The position numbers and the translations under genes are program-made. The notes under the pieces are model-generated. The model was not told the DNA's origin and did no database searches. It saw only the letters and a list, made by a program, of their open reading frames with translations. A stretch of 38,270 bases of DNA from Escherichia phage BUCT618, in the sequence record OM735461.1. One strand, written 5' to 3'. This document shows, piece after piece, positions 36,396 through 38,270 of this stretch (positions are counted from its first letter, which is position 1; every line of letters starts with the position of its first letter).

Positions 36396-38258
36396 ATGAT
36401 TACAAATGATGGTGTTAAGTTAATTCATGGTGATTGCCTGGAGGTGCTGAAGGGAATGCCAGACAATTCCGTGGATAGCATAGTCACAGACCCGCCTTAT
36501 GGACTTTCATTCATGGGGAAGAAATGGGACTACGAAGTTCCTGACCAGGCTATCTGGGAGGAATGCCTACGCGTCCTTAAGCCTGGTGGTCATCTGCTGG
36601 CCTTTGCTGGTACACGAACGCAGCACCGCATGGCTGTTCGCATTGAGGACGCTGGGTTCGAGATACGGGACATGATTGCATGGGTATATGGCAGCGGGTT
36701 TCCTAAAAGTGCGAACGTTTCAAAGCAGATAGACCAGCAAGAAAGAAACAGATGGGTTAAAATCATCAAGGCGATTGATAAAACAAACCTTTCTGAAATG
36801 GCTGAACTATGGATAAACTCAAGAAATGCGAATGCTGCGGGGCTTTCATTCCAAAGGAATCAAACCGAAGCTGGGCTCAATACGCAAAAAAACGGTTTTG
36901 CTCACGGAAGTGTTCTGCTTCAAGTCAGTCACAAAAACTGCGATGCGCTTGCAGTCATTGCGGAACTAAATTCGACCGAAGCCCATCCCACAAGCGAGGG
37001 GAATTGCAGTTCTGCACAATCGAATGCCGAAAGCACTATCACGGCATCGAAAAGCCATGCGACCACTGCGGAAAAATCACCAGAAAACCGCGAAGCAACG
37101 CTGTGCATGGTGGATTTTTCTGCTCTACACAGTGCATGGGGCTGGCAAGGCGAAAGCAGGGCGGACAAACTCAAGGCCGTCGAAGCCCTGAAGATTTGGC
37201 TTGGAAGAAAGCCATCCTCAAGGCGGGAGGCTACAAGTGCGCTATGTGCGGCACTGACAGACGACTTGAAGCGCATCACGTTAAGCCAATCAAAGACTTT
37301 CCTGAGCTACGACACGACACGTCAAATGGCTTGTGCGTCTGCCATCAGTGCCACTATTACGGAATCCACGGCGGCAAGCCTAATTTCATTCACGGCAGGT
37401 ACTCTAAAAAGTAAGGCCATCGACAAGGCGGCTGGTGCGGAGCGCGAGGTGGTCGGCAGCTACGAGGTGACTCGCGACATGTCTGGCGGATCATGGGCGG
37501 AACTTCACGGAAAACCGAACAGCGCCAAGATGCACAACATAACCGCACCAGCCACCGACGCCGCAAAACAGTGGCAAGGCTGGGGTACAGCCCTAAAGCC
37601 AGCACTTGAACCAATCACCGTAGCACGCAAGCCGTTCAAAGGCACTGTGGCGGCTAACGTGATGGAGTGGGGAACGGGGGCGCTGAATATTGATGGGTGC
37701 AGGGTGGTGGGGGATGTTTGGACTAGAAGAACACCTTATAAAGACAACATCAAAGGCGGACAGCTTCACGCCGCAAAAAGTGAATCAACCTACGCATGCG
37801 GCCCTCAATCTTGCAATGAATTGGGGCGCTGGCCCGCGAACCTGATTCACGACGGAAGCCATGAGGTGATGTCGGAGTTTCCTGCAAATGTTGTCGCGAA
37901 CGGAGGTAGCGGCGTATTTAACCAGCACGCATGGATGCGCTACGAGACGCCGCAGAACATCAATCGCAGCAAAGGCAGCGCAGCTCGCTTCTTCTACTGC
38001 GCTAAGGCCAGCAAGAAAGACCGAGGCGAAGGTAATAACCACCCTACCGTCAAGCCAACCGACCTCATGGCGTACCTTTGCCGCCTTGTAACGCCTCCTG
38101 GTGGCGTGGTTCTCGACCCGTTCATGGGCAGCGGTAGCACCGGCAAGGCAGCCGTGCGCGAAGGCTTCCGCTTCATCGGCATTGAAATGGACGCGGAGTA
38201 CCTTGCAATCGCTGAGGCGAGAATTGCGCATGATGCAGGGAAGCAGACTGAGAAATAA
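36396..38258 (+). CDS. DNA N6-adenine / N4-cytosine methyltransferase (beta class) carrying a 630-nt in-frame insertion
   Basis: DPPY motif (SIVTDPPYG) near the N-terminus and FxGxG motif (DPFMGSGSTG) near the C-terminus. Start placed at ATG 36396 after GGAG (ORF track begins at TTG 36357). Residues about 140-350 are Ser/Thr/Ala-rich low complexity. Confidence 0.75.
   Translation: MITNDGVKLIHGDCLEVLKGMPDNSVDSIVTDPPYGLSFMGKKWDYEVPDQAIWEECLRVLKPGGHLLAFAGTRTQHRMAVRIEDAGFEIRDMIAWVYGSGFPKSANVSKQIDQQERNRWVKIIKAIDKTNLSEMAELWINSRNANAAGLSFQRNQTEAGLNTQKNGFAHGSVLLQVSHKNCDALAVIAELNSTEAHPTSEGNCSSAQSNAESTITASKSHATTAEKSPENREATLCMVDFSALHSAWGWQGESRADKLKAVEALKIWLGRKPSSRREATSALCAALTDDLKRITLSQSKTFLSYDTTRQMACASAISATITESTAASLISFTAGTLKSKAIDKAAGAEREVVGSYEVTRDMSGGSWAELHGKPNSAKMHNITAPATDAAKQWQGWGTALKPALEPITVARKPFKGTVAANVMEWGTGALNIDGCRVVGDVWTRRTPYKDNIKGGQLHAAKSESTYACGPQSCNELGRWPANLIHDGSHEVMSEFPANVVANGGSGVFNQHAWMRYETPQNINRSKGSAARFFYCAKASKKDRGEGNNHPTVKPTDLMAYLCRLVTPPGGVVLDPFMGSGSTGKAAVREGFRFIGIEMDAEYLAIAEARIAHDAGKQTEK
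36783..37412 (+). mobile_element. Putative in-frame insertion carrying the HNH gene, bounded by duplicated KAIDK codons
   Basis: AAGGCGATTGATAAA at 36768-36782 and AAGGCCATCGACAAG at 37413-37427 both encode K-A-I-D-K; the 630 nt between them is a multiple of three. Confidence 0.45.
36809..37414 (+). CDS. HNH endonuclease with three N-terminal zinc-ribbon repeats, nested in the +2 frame of the methyltransferase gene
   Basis: Three C-x2-C ... FC-x3-C repeats, then CAMCGTDRRLEAHHVKPIKDFPELRHDTSNGLCVCHQCH. Confidence 0.75.
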   Translation: MDKLKKCECCGAFIPKESNRSWAQYAKKRFCSRKCSASSQSQKLRCACSHCGTKFDRSPSHKRGELQFCTIECRKHYHGIEKPCDHCGKITRKPRSNAVHGGFFCSTQCMGLARRKQGGQTQGRRSPEDLAWKKAILKAGGYKCAMCGTDRRLEAHHVKPIKDFPELRHDTSNGLCVCHQCHYYGIHGGKPNFIHGRYSKK

Positions 38259-38270
38259 AATAAACAAGGC

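Noticed and set aside
36768-37427. Intein in the N6/N4 methyltransferase
   Set aside because: The insertion lacks Cys/Ser/Thr at the N-terminal junction, TxxH block B and a C-terminal Asn, so it does not look like an intein despite being in frame.
1-38270. CRISPR array, integrase or attachment site
   Set aside because: No array of short direct repeats with unique spacers, no tyrosine or serine recombinase-like ORF and no obvious att-type flanking repeats were seen.

Overview
This 38.3 kb window reads as a segment of a contractile-tailed dsDNA bacteriophage genome, not bacterial chromosome; no integrase, attachment site or CRISPR array was found. All calls rest on reading the ORF translations and sequence by eye; no database search was run. 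Layout: (1) minus strand 3750->20, two small genes then terS and terL; (2) plus strand 4026-11429, an early/replication-recombination block (small ORFs, C5-methyltransferase, DnaB-like helicase, SF2 helicase, VRR-NUC nuclease, RecT, YqaJ-type exonuclease); (3) minus strand 32105->11455, lysis cassette, a tRNA, then portal, head, sheath, tube, tape measure, baseplate and tail fibre genes; (4) plus strand 32344-38258, a second early block (SSB, DUF3310, small ORFs, N6/N4-methyltransferase). The most unusual observations are two HNH endonuclease genes nested inside essential or maintenance genes whose own reading frames stay open: one lies antisense and codon-aligned inside an intein that interrupts terL, the other lies in the +2 frame of a 630-nt in-frame insertion in the N6/N4 methyltransferase. 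Other points worth a second look are a five-gene moron cassette with its own promoter, long leader and terminator inside the tail operon, a -1 frameshift site in the tail chaperone gene, a recurring TTGACAT(A/T) motif at operon heads, a palindromic operator candidate, and an SSB with a 15-residue extension past the canonical DDIPF terminus.
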